Source of the DNA: Eledone cirrhosa
Lineage: Eukaryota
Assembly (NCBI GenBank): GCA_964016885.1
Contig: OZ024742.1
Location: 82,274,001-82,338,000 of the forward strand
Length of the DNA stretch: 64,000 nt
Direction of reading: 5' to 3'
Positions 25,979-41,680 of this stretch are shown one piece after another; the first letter of the stretch is position 1; each line of letters opens with the position of its first letter. Below the pieces are notes generated by a model, which worked only from the letters and a program-made list of their open reading frames with translations, was not told the origin of the DNA and ran no database searches. A program made the position numbers and the translations under genes.

Positions 25979-28302
25979 CTGTATATACTTATATACCCTT
26001 ACATGTATATATTTTAAACAACGGAACTTTTTTTATCCCAACCTCCTTAATGAAATCGGAATAATGAATTAGGACTTCATTAATTATTAATGCAATGTAT
26101 TAAAAAATAGTGTTGGATAACTTTTAATGAATGATGGAATATCGGAATCAATGCAACACGCAATTCTATATTGTTTTTAGATCTGTTACAGGGATCGATA
26201 AAAATATATACTTACTAAACGTAAATAATGTAAAGGAGAATCATACATTCAATGGTTCTAATTTAATAAGAACACAAAACACTGCGACTGTTATACCATC
26301 TATGAATACGAGGATACATAAACGCTTGGAATTATGCCGTCTGAAAAGCCATCCTATAAATGCGGTATTATGTATGTTGCACAGCAATATCTAAATCGTT
26401 ATTAATTTTGTTTCTAAATTACTCCTTAATATCTGAAATTAAAGAAATTGCTGTGTGCTATGTTGAACAAGTTACATTACTGAAGCCATGGTAGTGATAT
26501 ATAGTCTGTACTTATTTTTGTACTTCTACTCATTAACTGTGCGTAGTTATTCATTCGCCGATAGCATTATCTGTAGAATCAGTAGTGTGTCAACTCCTGC
26601 ATAATCAACTTTTCCTTTTATCTTTCCGAATATGATAGAAAATATATGAGTTGCCCAGGGACTTTAGTTGAAGCTTGCATCTGTAGTAGAAACGGCAGGC
26701 ACTATCGACGGGTATATTTCGTAAAAGTATATTCTAGGGATAAGCATATTATACATTGATTGGGGCATGATGTGGCTGATAAAGTTAGTGAGTTGTAGAT
26801 CTATATCCCCGAAACACAGAACGATACATCCCGGAAGAAATATCACAAGATACACATTTCGACACTACAAATTGCACCAGTCTGTGCTCTGGGCAGATGT
26901 ATTTTTTATTGACAAAGAATGGGTGAAATACACAATTCGTTTCGTCATAATTTTAATATCAATGCAAGTTCGGCACCTGATACTATAGACATATTTTGCC
27001 GAATAGTGTTCGATAATAACAACAATAACCGCAGTATTTAATTACTCTCCTGACAGGTTGTTTTAAGCGTTGTATTAAGATAATCAATTATATATTATCC
27101 TGCCAATATACCTTATATTATTTTGTTTATATAATATACGATATTACATTATATTCATAAAGTATTATGTTATCGACGTACTTTATATATATTTAAGCTT
27201 ATCGATATTCAGTGTATTATTGCTCGTAGGATTTCATTTATTAATTTTTCATCAGTACACACAATAAACTGAAGTAGATTGCTATATCAATTAGTATACT
27301 GTTTTTCTTTCAGAAGAGGCCGCCATTATGATTCAATCAGTAATGTTGGTGCGTGATCATTGTAAAAGCACTTAACTATTTATAAAGCCGCTCAATGTTG
27401 CTGTCAGCAGATATCAAGATGAAATACTCCTATAACTGACAGGTGTTTTTATAGATAACCTGTCTGAATCTCAGAAACATTATAAAACAATGCCGCTTTA
27501 TACTAGCATTCTTATCTAGCGAGATAGCGAATATAGGAAATAAAGACACATCTTATACATAGAGAGTGAGGGAGATATATATTTATATAGATCGATAGAT
27601 AGAGAGAGAGACATATCATATGTATCTGCATGTCTTTATAAGTACATATGTATATATATATGAGAAAGTGAGTTTTTTTTTTACAAAATGAAAAATGACC
27701 GAGGTGTCCTACACGAGTGAAAGTATAAAGGAAAAAAGAAGAAATAGAAAATGCAACTGGAGTCTTATTTTAGAAAAAAATATATATATTTATTTGGTTC
27801 CTTGAAGCGGCGGCCTACCGCATGCTGTCTTCTTCAACCAGCCCTTGTAAGTACATGTTATGTTTTATACTATGTTTCTAGATTTACAGTTAATATGTGG
27901 GCTAAGTTTATATTGTTATACTTTGGGAGGGACATGTTGCCAATAAGAAACACACGCACCAGCTGCTTTCAGTCCAATTTATTATAAATTAAATTATAAA
28001 TTTAAAAATTTATAAATTTCCGGTTGTTTGGTTGGTTCCACAACCGGACGGTTCTTCATATATTGTCAAAGTTCTTTCGTCACACATTATGTGACCTCTT
28101 CAGTGACTGGGATTATTTTCTTTGTTTAGTGCCTCTCCTTGGTTCTGTCCTACGCCATCTTGTTTTTCTGTATGTTGTGTGCTTAGTTTGCGCATGTGTT
28201 ACATCGGGGTGTCTGTGTGTGTTTTTATTTGATTATATATTTGTTTATTTACATGTTCCTGGTTGGTTGTTTGTTCTATGTGTGTGTGTTTTCATTTTGT
28301 CC

Positions 28303-30197
28303 TTAATTGTAAGTTGTGATGTTGTTATTCCATTCATGTTTTCTATTTAATTTTGGTTGGAGTTCATTTATGATTATTGCCTCTGTCATTTGTCTAAACA
28401 TTGCGTCTTTTCTGTGTGTAGATTTTATTTTTATTTCTATGTTCTCTAATTTGCCCTTATGTTCTATTTTAGTATGTTGGTGGAGTGCTATTGACTTGTT
28501 TGCATCTTGAAGCTCACGCCAGTGTTCATTTAATCGCTCTCCTCTACTACGAACTGTCTCACCTATGTACACTATATTCTTATCTTTACATTGTCCGTCA
28601 GTACATATTATGCTTTATACTATGTTTATAGATTTACAGTTAATATGTGGGCTAAGTTTACAGATTATGCATTTCTTATCTATACAGGGAGGTCTTTGAA
28701 AAGGGTATGTATTATTAATAAGTGTTTTTATGGAGGTACTTGTTCTTTGTACAATGTTAATATTTAGTTTAAGTTTATATAGAGCCCTTCTAAATTTGTA
28801 AGCTAGTTCACCTATAGGGGTTGTATTGATGAACATTACACTCTGGTATGTATTGCTATCATACCATGAGTTTATTCTATTAACCTTATTCCTAGTTCTT
28901 TCTATTCTATTCCAAAATGTTCTCCTATACAAGGGGCAGGTCCCATTTGTATCATTGTTTACCATTTTTTCCCATTTGGTTCTGGCTCGTCTATATACTC
29001 TGATTTTATCTCTCTGATTGTAATCAGAGAACTGCATACGGTAGATGAAGTGTTGTATGTGTCTCTCTAGTTCTTTGGGGTTACACATGCGGGACACGTT
29101 TCTCATCACCCGTACCAAATCCGCAATCAGTATGTTGAATTTTGTGTGATCTGAAACAGCTGAGTTTCGGTGGATCAGATATTTGGAAATCATGGGTTGG
29201 CATAATGGGAATGGAGGATTTGTTTTTTGTTATTAATGGTTTTTAAAGAGAGCTCTGTGTCTAGTACAGGTAATCTATGGTTGGGGTGTTTGCTTGGGTA
29301 GTCTATAGTAACACTAATACTCTGGTGGATGGAGTTAGCAATTTGCTGGATGCTTTCCATGGTATTTTTCTCTAATTCCTGACTGTTCTCTAGTGAGGGT
29401 GTTTTTACTACGATGTTTATATCATCAACGCAACGAGAGTACATTATCAGGGTTAAGAGGTTGTTGTCTTCTAATTGTTCTTTAAGTTTATTGTCCCACC
29501 ATACCATGAATAGGGTAGCTATGTCACCTGCAATGCTAACATCAATGGCTGCTCCCTCCTCTTGGGCATATGTTATTCCATTAAATTTGAACATATGTTC
29601 CTTAAGGTTTAGTTTTATGCTGGCCCCCACCGCATGTGCAATAATTTTCTTTAGTTCATCGTGGTTTTCGGGGTTCCGTATGACTCTGTTCCACCCGTTC
29701 CATCTTTCTGTGTTGGTTTTCTGGGCCATTGAGGTAATGGTAGAAGGTCTTGCTCTTGCTGGCCTTGTGCGGCATAGGTTGCTAAGGTCACACGTATCTA
29801 GATAATCATTACTATAAGTAAGTTTAAGTAGGAGTCCCAGCTCACTGGTATCAATCCTACGGAATCCAACATTGCTGTCACTGATCATTTCTACGCATTT
29901 CTCCACAGCAAATTCCACGTCAATGGATGGATATAGGGACACAACATCCATACTACCTATTATACTGTCTGTTAGGTTCCTAGATCGGTTATTTTCGCTG
30001 ATTCTGCTGAGGAGGTCCTCCGTGCTGTCACATATATCCGGGGACATTTCAATGATGGAGCGTATTATCAGGGAGAGGAAGTAGGAAAGTCTGTAGTTAC
30101 AAGCAATGTTAGCTACACAGACTGGCCGTGTTGGTGGTCCTGTGACTGGGTCACTGTTGGTCTTATGGTCTTTTCGAGCGCAATACAACGCTGGCAC
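28303..30197 (-). pseudogene. PLE polyprotein (RT + GIY-YIG endonuclease), frameshifted
   Basis: GSMDVVSLYPSID, QEEGAAIDVSIA, YSRCVDDIN, LPVLD; Cys linker CIDKKCIIC; YIGETVRS..ERLNEH...EAIII..QPKLN. Confidence 0.9.
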
Positions 30198-30516
30198 GTC
30201 ATTGTTCCAGGGCTGGAAGTTGTTAGCACTCCGTTTATAATAAACGGACTGCCAACAACTTCCAGGCCTGGAACAATGACGCGCCAGCGTTGTATGGGCT
30301 GGAAGTTGTTGGCAGTCCGTTGTTGGCAGGCTGGGAAATTATTGGCAGTCCGTTTATTAATAAACAGACTGCCAACAACTTCCAGGCCTAAACAAATAAA
30401 AACACACACAGACTAAGCACACAGCACACAGAAATACTAAGCACACAACACACAGAAAAACAAGATGGCGTAGGACAGAACAGAGCAGAGTCACAAAACA
30501 AAGAAAATAATCCCCA

Positions 30517-30559
30517 GTCACTGAAGAGGTCACATACTGTGTGACGAAAGTACTTTGAC
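30517..30559 (+). ncRNA. pLTR type I hammerhead ribozyme (partner copy on - at 28065-28107)
   Basis: gtca-CTGAAGA-g gtcacat act gtgtgac-GAAA-gtac-TT-tgac. Confidence 0.8.
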
Positions 30560-30887
30560 ACTATATGAACAACCGTCCGGTTGTGGAACCAACCAACCAA
30601 CCAGAAATTCATAAATGTTTAAATTTATAATTTAATTTATAATAAATTGGAGTGAAAGCAAATGGTACGTGTGTTTGTTATTGACAACATGACCCTCCCA
30701 AATTATAACAACATCGGTGTCAACACACGTTTTAAGATAAAGAATCTTGTTAAACAAATTCAGAAACGAAATATATATATATATATACATATGTGCATGT
30801 CCGTGTGTGTGAGTATATGCGAGTGAGTGTGTGATTGTGTGAATATTTGTCTAAAGATTTAGAACTATATATACATAAATATATATG

Positions 30888-31474
<587 letters not shown>

Positions 31475-31546
31475 GTATGTATGTTTGTATGTGTATATAT
31501 ATATATATACGTATGTATGTTTGTATGTTTGTATATATATATATAT

Positions 31547-32412
31547 ATATGAAAAACGGCGTGCTCCGTTGTTGCCAATGGGGTGCATATGAATAAAATT
31601 AATCCTTCATCGGTGATCTTCCAACCGTCATTGATATTTCTTCGAATTAAAGATCATATACTTCTGGTTGGTGCCAGCAATAACTAAAAAATGTCATTGG
31701 GACACGTAAAATAGGCTGAAGCGAGCGAGATATGTAAACAAACAGAGATGGTAAGGCAACGGAAAGAGAGGACGAGGAGAAACAAGTCCATGATATCTGT
31801 GAACTTAAGTTTGGTGAAATCATAGACGAGGAGAGATACAGAAGACCCGACATGGGTGAGATGTGAGCGAGAAAAGGATTTCACACAGGTCAAACGGGAG
31901 GAAGGAAGTGAGAGAGTGGGAGTAGCAGAGAGTCAATGAGTGAAACTGTGAGGAAGAGCACAGCCGAGAGAGAGAGACTGGCAGAGGGGTTAAAAAGAAG
32001 GTGAGAGATACAGAGAAAGGGGAAGGAGTAAGAAAGAAACAGACAGGTCACAACGGAGGGAAAAATATAAATATATGAAAAATGGCTCGCACCAACCAGA
32101 GGTTTATGATCTTTAATGCGAAGAAATACCAACGATGATTGGAAGATCACTGATGAAAAACTAATTTTATTCATATGTACCCCATCTGCAACAACGCAGC
32201 ACGCCATTTTTTATATATTTATATTTTTCCCTCCGCTGTTCCCTGTCTGTTTCTTTCTTACTGCTTCCCCTTTCTCTGTATCTCTCACCTTTTTCTTACC
32301 CTCTCTGCCAGTCACTCTCTCTCAGCTGGCCGTTTCCTCACACTTTCACTCACTCACTCTCTGCTACTCCCCCTCTCTCACTTCCTCCCGTTTGACCTGT
32401 GTGAAATCCTTT
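31547..32412. mobile_element. Head-to-head, circularly permuted non-coding repeat (about 540-bp unit)
   Basis: 31547-31673 is inverted at 32088-32215, and 31871-32085 is inverted at 32205-32412. The left arm reads B-X-A on minus and the right arm reads A-B on plus. Confidence 0.7.
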
Positions 32413-32469
32413 TGTATCATTCATGACACCCTTTATTTTGAAAGTAATAATAATAACTATTATTATATG

Positions 32470-32652
32470 GATTGGCAGTATCGGTAGAGGGTCGGACGCC
32501 ATGCTTTGACGCATAGAGTTACGGCCCTTTCCATTCTGAGTACAAATCCCGCCGAGGTTAACTTTGCCTTTCATCCTTACGGGGTCGATAAAATAAAGTA
32601 CCAGTAATGCACTTGTTTATTGCCTACCTTGTGCCAAAGATAGAAACAATTA
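32470..32652 (+). mobile_element. SINE family 1, near full length
   Basis: A box tggcagtatcgg, B-box-like gagtacaaatc and the shared body. Confidence 0.82.
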
Positions 32653-32839
32653 CTATATGTAGTAGCAGAAAAATCGCCCAAACGGCGGTTTTCTGCTAGC
32701 GTGTGTAGTGTGCATATTGGTATTATATGCAAATATATATGCATATAGATATATATAAATTGAAAGATAAGTTGACAATATCATCTTCTTCACCCACTTA
32801 TTGCTGAGGGTCGTGATGGCAGAGTCATTCTCAAACACT

Positions 32840-33330
32840 CATTCCAGCGAGTCTGTCAGTAGCAAACATGTATTACTGATCCAGCTGGATCCCAAAGCGT
32901 GAGCAGCCATGTATGTTATCCAACTATCATGCTCAGGGTCTACCTCTGGGTCTCTTGCTGGTTGGTTTTTCCTGTAAAATGTTTCCAGCGATCCTTTACA
33001 TTCTAACCACATGCTCATAATATCTGAATTGTGATCTCTCAATTCAGAGAACGGCTTTACCAGGAGTGACTCTCTAGTCTCTGAGCTATGCACTTTATCG
33101 AATAACGTTACTCCAAAGAGCTTTCGGAGGAATCCCATTTCTGACACTTTTATTTGCAATTGTATTCTTTTGATCATTACTCAAGATTCATGATCCTCAG
33201 TGAGAATTGGCAGGAATACCAGGAAGAGAGCGAGTTTGGCTTTTACACTTAGCCCCCTTCATCTAATTGCTGAATGCTGATGCTTGTGCATTACTGCATA
33301 ACCATTTGCAATTCTTGCACTTAATTCATC
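32840..33330 (-). pseudogene. RTE-clade LINE C-terminal fragment
   Basis: IKVSEMGFLRKLFGVTLFDKVHSSETRESLLVKP matches the typical RTE post-RT region. Confidence 0.7.
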
Positions 33331-33639
33331 CTCCTGCATTCCATCACTCATGAATATGGCTCCAAGATACTTTAACTTCTCTTACTGCTTCTGTAGAACT
33401 CCATTCACATGTATATACATATGAAGGACTGCTGTCCCCCCGTCCATCACACAGTGTGTATGTGTGTTTGTGTGAATGTATGTGTGTGTAAAATGAAGGA
33501 AATGGATACACACATGTATATATGTCTAACTTAAAAACAGTGACACACATGTCTCTAATTTAAGAACGCCGACAAACTCACGTGCGTGCACATACACACA
33601 CTGTCCTATTACCACTCAAGTGCTTAAGCCTGGGCCCTC

Positions 33640-34040
33640 AAATTTGGAACTATCTGGGTTGTCCAGAAGTGATGGGAAAAGGTTTTACGGTCTTACTCTG
33701 TGCTCCTGGTCAAGAGGCAAGTGCCTTACCTGGGACGTCACAGCTAGTGGCTATTTTGCTTATTCCTGCATTCTGGATGTAGTGGTAAGGACGAGAGCTG
33801 CAGCATCCGCAGCTGAATGGAACAAAATCCCAAAATACCGCGTTCTGTCAGCTAACTACATTATCCATCCTGTGACGTTCGAGACTTTTGGAGAAGTCGG
33901 ACTACTGACAGCTAGATTCTTATCTTCACTGGCGGCGCCAAACAGAGGTAACTGGTGATGCTCGTGAGGGCACTTGGTTGTTCCAACACCTCAGCATCCC
34001 CATCACCCCAGGTACGGCTGCGAGCGTGCTGGCCTGCCTC
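33640..34040 (+). pseudogene. CRE-like non-LTR retrotransposon restriction-like endonuclease fragment
   Basis: GLSRSDGKRFYGLTL..WSRGKCLTWDVT...AAASAAE..K..KY..L...Y..HPVTFETFG (decayed RPDG...WDVT pattern). Confidence 0.7.
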
Positions 34041-34282
34041 AAAAATTATTAGAGAGGTTATCCAGTGCTCTTCGCTATATTGCTATCTTTTGCTCTGGTA
34101 GCGAGTCGTTTTCCCACTCTTTTGCCTGCATATGTGGCCTAAGATGTGCGTATTACGTGCTTGTCTATTTTTCTCTTTTTTTTCCTTTCCCTTTCCTTTG
34201 TGTTATTATATTTGTTAGTGTTTTCGTTTAGTAACTAATATATTAAATGAGTTTTTTTTTTAAAGAATTAATAAAAAAGAAT

Positions 34283-34363
<81 letters not shown>

Positions 34364-35705
34364 TAACAGGGAGAATGACAAAGAGGCAAGTAGAGTTTTA
34401 TTCAATAGTTAGGATATGTTTAAAGACGAGAATATGATTTAAAGCGTGTTCATGATAAACTTAGTTTCCTGGAGATAACTGACAAATAAGTGTCTTTATC
34501 CTTTAAATAAGAGTAGGATAATCATTTTGAGACATTGTGTATCGGAAAAAAACACATGAAGCTAACTTTTCTGAAAAATCCAGAAATTTATTAGACCTCC
34601 GACCTTCAGCCACGACGCTAATTATGGACGAAACAAACGGAAAGGTTAATGCAGGTTATAAACTTTATCACGAAGGAAAAAACATGATAAATTATCCCAC
34701 GAAGAAGAAAAAGAAGTAAAACTTGACGCGAAGCAGTTAAGTCCGAAGAAAAAAAATGAAGTGTTCTCTATTAAGATGACAATTTAATGGTACTACTCGC
34801 CATAGACGAAAATGTGATGTATGTCTACATTCCTTTAATACTGACAAATACTACGATGATGGGAAAAAACATCTGAATACAATATAAGTAATAATTATCT
34901 TATCTCATTTTCAGTCGTAGGAAACAAATATTAAACAATGTAATATTTAGAACAGAACAAAAAAAAACTGATTCAAATTACAAACTAGGGGAAAGCTGCA
35001 ACCAAGAAGCGTATTATTGTTTCTCTATGTTATTGCTATTAATGTTACTGATTTTTTGGTAAACGCGATGCTGCTGTTTTAGTTAGTCGTAGTGACTTTA
35101 TTTGTTGTAAACTGATGCATAAATCTAATGTTGCACTGCAGACATCGTTTTGTTTCATTTTCCTTTTTTATTCTTTTTTAGGGCGTGGAGTTATTCACTA
35201 AATATAACCAAAGTCCCTGCGACGAAGATGCTGCTGGCAATAATGTGGTCGGTGATGATAATGATGTTTGTGTTTATGGTAGGATTTAATTTGGTGTCGT
35301 TAGCGTTAATTATAACACATAAGAAGTTAGAAAAGAAATAATGTTTGCGTTTATGTTAGTATGGTAATTAAGATGTCAATTATCGTTATTTATCACGCTC
35401 GTTTAATTTCTTTTAACCAATCTATGAGGATTGTGCTATACGTTACAATTTTGTTTTATTAAAGACTCGTGGGAAGAATATTGCTGATGATGATGACTAT
35501 GTGGAAGAGGGTAGCCATGTTCATGATGATGGTGTTGATCATCGTGGTTGCAGTAAAGTTGGTTGTGATGTTGTTGATGATGATACTATTGATAAAGATG
35601 ATTATCATAATGTTTATGACAGGGACGATTAACATGAGGAGACTGAAAATAAGGTGTTGATAATAATGGTGATAAATATGAAGATCATAATGATGAATGT
35701 GTAAA

Positions 35706-35891
35706 TAATAATTGTTTCTACTTTTGGCACAAGGCCAGCAATTACCCAGTACATTACTGGTACTTTATTTTATCGACCCCGTAAGGATAAAAGGCAAAAT
35801 TAACCTCGGCGGGATTTGAACTCAGATCATAAAGGGAGGTAATTCTATGCTTCAAAGTAAGGCGTCCGGTCCTCTACCGATACTGCCAATC
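35706..35891 (-). mobile_element. SINE family 1, near full length
   Basis: Minus-strand A box tggcagtatcgg and B box gagttcaaatc. Confidence 0.82.
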
Positions 35892-36489
35892 GAATAATAA
35901 TGATTTTCATTATCATTATCAAAACCAATGGAACTCTACAAAATAAATAGTTGTACCAGCAAGCCACCGGGAAATAACAACCCCGTTTTAAAGGAAATAA
36001 CATTGATGTCATAGGTATACAGGATTTATCAAATGATATTAATGAAGAAAACCACGACAACGATACTTATGTTGCTGCCAGTTCTACATAATCATGACGA
36101 TTGTGATGAGGATGGTTGTGGTGATGATGGTAATAATGACAATGAAGATAATGTCGATTATGATAATCATGATCATGATGTTGATGATGGCGATGATGAT
36201 GATTGTCATGATGTTCATATTAGTATAAAGGAAAAATGTGATCTACAGCTTTACAGGTATTCAGCCATTTTTAGATAATATTTAGGGTTTGTAATCAATT
36301 AGTTGTTAAGTCCTATAACTTACTCTACTAAATGCATTTTGCTTAAAACGGTAAGTTGAGATGGGACGTAGAATTTATACAGGCAATATTTAAATTTTGA
36401 GAGATATGTGAAATAGTGAGTTGCGTGGGCTCTGGTTGATAGTCGCCGCTAGTTAAATGGAGAAAATGATGGGAGCCAGGACAGAGCCA

Positions 36490-36780
36490 TGTTTCAGCAA
36501 GCGTGTATTCAACAGCAACGAATTCTCGCTCAGAACAAAACTCACATTGTTCCGAGCTGTTGTTATCGCCACCATGCTGTACGCTTAGAGTTATGGGCCC
36601 TATATAGTAAAGACCTGAGAAATTGAGCGTTTACAACAAGGCACGCTTAGGCTGATCGTCAACATCAAATGGCAGAACCGACGCACCAATAAGGAAATCC
36701 TCAATCACTCAGAAATGCCATGAATTGAAGCTGCTATCTACAAACAACGCCTCAATTGGCCAGGACATATCAGGCGGGTT
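36490..36780 (+). pseudogene. RTE/BovB-like LINE C-terminal fragment
   Basis: LRKLSVY/RLIVNIKWQNRRTNKEIL...IEAAIYKQRLNWPGHI. Confidence 0.65.
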
Positions 36781-37699
36781 GTTTCCCTGGATATTTTGAC
36801 CACATGACTGTACTTCGGAGCTGTCATCTAACTGGAGAAACTCCCTGATGTCCGAGCTACGCACTCTGTCGAGTAACGTTACATGAATGACACTTCGGAG
36901 TTACGGAATTTCTACTGTTTGTTTTGTGGCCGTAATCTTTAGGGCTTTACACCCGATACATCATCATTTGGAATAGATGATAAAAATACCACAATGAAAT
37001 TAGCGAATGTGGCTTTTTCCCCTACATCCCATGTCATAAACGAATGCTGAAGCTGGCATATTGCTGCACGGCTTTCTGCAATTCACTTTACTGGCCCTTA
37101 ATTCACTTTACAAATTTCAACAACTTGTGAAACCGGTCCTGCCATTTTTAGAATCAACATCCGATTCAGTAGAACTCCAATCATGTGAATACTGCACAGT
37201 GCAGATATTCTTGTGAAGACGATTATTTCAGTCTACGCAACAATTGTTCGTGGAAACCACCGCATATTCGCGTTATCCTAAATATCTTCCGCGATTTTTA
37301 ATGGCTTATTTTCTGGCAATATATATTTAGACACACTTTTTAATATTAAATTGTTGATAAAAACATACAGTATTTTCTGGCCTATATTTCACGCTATGTT
37401 TTGAGGTTCATAGGCTTTTTTATGGACCACGTTCAAAATTTGCTGTTTTTCATTAGTCGCGGGTGCTCCATGATGTAATGCCCGCGAATACTGGGGCATA
37501 ACTGTAAATGCATACACTTCAACATACATACAGAACAGATATACATACAAACATACATATATCGTCGTCGGCATCCACTCATATCCAAGCACTGATAACA
37601 TTATCCTCTCTCCTTATTCCAGCGCCGACAGATGCATTCGTAAGTCTCAGTCCCCTTCCGGATGGTCCTTCGATAGAAAGCCCGATTTACAGCAACGGT

Positions 37700-37975
37700 T
37701 TCACATATCACAGGGTTGATGTTGGCTTGTGTCTGGGATGTCTTTAACTGATCCTTGAAACGTCATTTTTGGCGTTCGCGTAGATTCCTCCCACTGGCGA
37801 GTTCTCCAAGCAGGATGGCATGACGGAGTTAGGCGGAGTGCAATGGGGATACGTGGCCCGCCCAGCGAACGCCATGTTAAGAATGGTAGCGTCGATGTTA
37901 GAGCGAGACGACCGAGAGAGGACCTCATTGGTGGTAATACAGCCCTCCCAACTGATGCGGAGGATTCTGCGGATT
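37700..37975 (-). pseudogene. RTE/BovB-like LINE 3' fragment
   Basis: Minus strand RILRISWEG...TNEVLSR...NIDATIL...RWAGHV. Confidence 0.55.
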
Positions 37976-39591
37976 CTTATTTACTGGACGTGCTATAGAT
38001 GTTTGATATCCCGATAGAAAAAGGTATATATGTCACAAGTGTGGAGAGGAACAGTTTGTTAATTATTGCGCGGCCATGCTTGCTAAATACCCTGTGCGAG
38101 TGTCTTCCGTCTGCAACATGAGCCAATTTGATCAAGCTGTCAAGGTCTTTCTCACAGGTAAGGCTACTTGAGAGAATGCTGCATGCATAGGAAAATTCAA
38201 TGACGATTTCTACACAAATACATACGTACGTAAATACGTTCGTACATGCATACATAAATAAATATACACATACATTATTACATACATTTTACATGTGTAC
38301 ATATCTGTATTTTGCTGGAGGCGACGAACATTTTCTGCAGTTTTCATGTTTCTTAACAATAATATGATAATTACTAAATAATATATCAGTAGAAACAGCA
38401 TATGTATTTCTAAGTATCGTATTTGTTTCTTCTCCTGAAATGATATTTTCAAACTGAACATTGTAATTTCAAATACATGACAGACGATGGAAATCAGCAA
38501 TGATCTGTTAATGTAATCAGTTTTAATTGTATTATTGTTTATTATTTTCATAACAATGTTTATTATTTTCATAACAATGTTTATTATTTTCATATCAATG
38601 TAGTCGTAAACTAATGGAAATCATAACAATTGCACCAACACGGTTTCTTAAAACTTTAATGAGCCTGTTGGCGTGATTTCGAAATTGTATTTATTTTCTT
38701 TTTCTTGTCTATATATGGCTTTGAAAACTATAATATAAAACAACAAAATATCAAATAAACTATCTAGTGAACATTGAAAAATAATTGAGAAAAAGAACGC
38801 ATGTTAACTATAATTTATGAAGCTTGGTTATTTAAGAGGTAATTAAATTTGCGTTTCTCTTGAGGTTAAAATATTTATTGAGTTGTAATTAAAAACTTGA
38901 AAAATGTTTTCCTGCAAAAAGAAATATATTTTCCACACCGAGGTACATATTTATTTAAAAATACGAACATTGTGTTGTTTCGACTTCAAGTTTCTGTTGT
39001 CTCCATGTGGTCGAGTTTTTAGGTCATAAATTTAGTTTTATTAGCAGTCACTTTATAGCACAAAATTATAACAGGCTGAATATATTATATGTTTTCAACA
39101 ACTACAATCCATTCCTTAAAAGACATCAACATCACACTGTAACATTCTGTTAATCGGTTAAACAAACACCACCGAAAATGTAAAGGGAATATAAGCATAC
39201 ACGCAGAGAAACAAAACAAATACATACATACACACACGGAAAAATATACAGTGTAAATGGTATGTGTGCATCCAGTCCAAGTAATTTATTACATTAACAA
39301 TACATGCTTTCAGATACACCTGTTACATACAGAATGTCAAGGTGAATTTCATCTATTTGAATAAGGCAAATCCTCGATCCAAGTATTTTGCATATGATGT
39401 CTACTTTCATTTCTCCTTAATCGAAGTGATTAAAGAAAGCGTTAGTAATTAAGGTTTAGAAATATACTTTGCGCTCTCTATTTTTTGTTAAAGACAGATA
39501 ACGCGGGCTAACTGAGCTTATATATATATACACATATCGGATCTAGCTGTCGAAAAGGCCGGAGCTCAGCCGTCGGGGTGCTGACTCTTTT

Positions 39592-39738
<147 letters not shown>

Positions 39739-39790
39739 TTTCCTTGGAAAAGGTAAAGGAAAGAAGAGTGCTGTATGTAAAGTACATAGC

Positions 39791-40030
39791 TATTTAATTA
39801 TGTAATAAACAACACAATATAATGATTCCATTACCTAAGGGTTCGCGGAGTTAGAAGCCTTGATATCGTTCATCAGAAGGAATCTTTATTTGGATATAAG
39901 CATATCTTATATCGACATAAAGATTCCTTCTGATAAAAGATATCAGATGTTTCTGCTTGTATCGTTTCAATTATTGAAACCTTGAGTAATGGAATAATTC
40001 TATTCTGTTGTTTATTACATAATTAAATAT
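39791..40030. repeat. 240-bp fold-back of an HHR-bearing pLTR-like end
   Basis: tatttaattatgtaataaacaac...gttgtttattacataattaaata, centred near 39903. Each arm has attcctt-CTGAT(G/A)A-long stem II-GAA(A/C)-ccttgag/cttag-TA-atggaat. Confidence 0.7.
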
Positions 40031-40591
40031 ACATTTATATATATGTGTGTGTGTCTGTCTGTGTGTGTGCGTGTATATGCATGAAAGCATATACGTACGC
40101 ATTCACCCCACATGTATGCATATATACATACCTTCAAAATACGTATATGTTTAACCACTATTGGATGACAGGTGACATTCTCGAATCCAAATCACCCTCT
40201 TCACCAAATAACCTCTATAGTGTTCTCAGTTTAGTTGCGGACGACCCGACCATGTAGCAGGTCGTACTGGGATACACGTTACCAGTAGCCAACGAGAGTA
40301 GCCAGACATATGAATATATACTATCGGAGAAGACGAAAGCAAATGGTATTTTTGTAATTTAAGTTCTAGTAAATTTTCATTGTTTTTCATTGATTTTGAT
40401 TTTGGAAATGTTGCCTCCCTTCAAGCTATTTAATATGTTTGGTTACCTATAGATATTTATAACTATTTTCGAAATTACCTGAAGAGCTCTCGTACAATCT
40501 TCAGAAGAAATAACATTTAACCACCGGAGGTGGTCATTGTTTTTATAACAGGCTGAATGAGATAGGGTGCATAACTCAACGTAACATAAGT

Positions 40592-41674
<1,083 letters not shown>

Positions 41675-41680
<6 letters not shown>

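Larger units (their letters stand above)
27869..30712 (-). mobile_element. 5'-truncated Penelope-like element with an inverted 5' pLTR copy
   Basis: RT and GIY-YIG ORF pieces on minus. The 3' pLTR (about 27913-28300) is duplicated in inverted orientation at about 30388-30712, and both copies carry an HHR. Confidence 0.9.

Noticed and set aside
27300-27445. Possible host exon (ttttctttcag ... ag|gtg)
   Set aside because: All three frames contain stops, and no supporting neighbouring exons were found.
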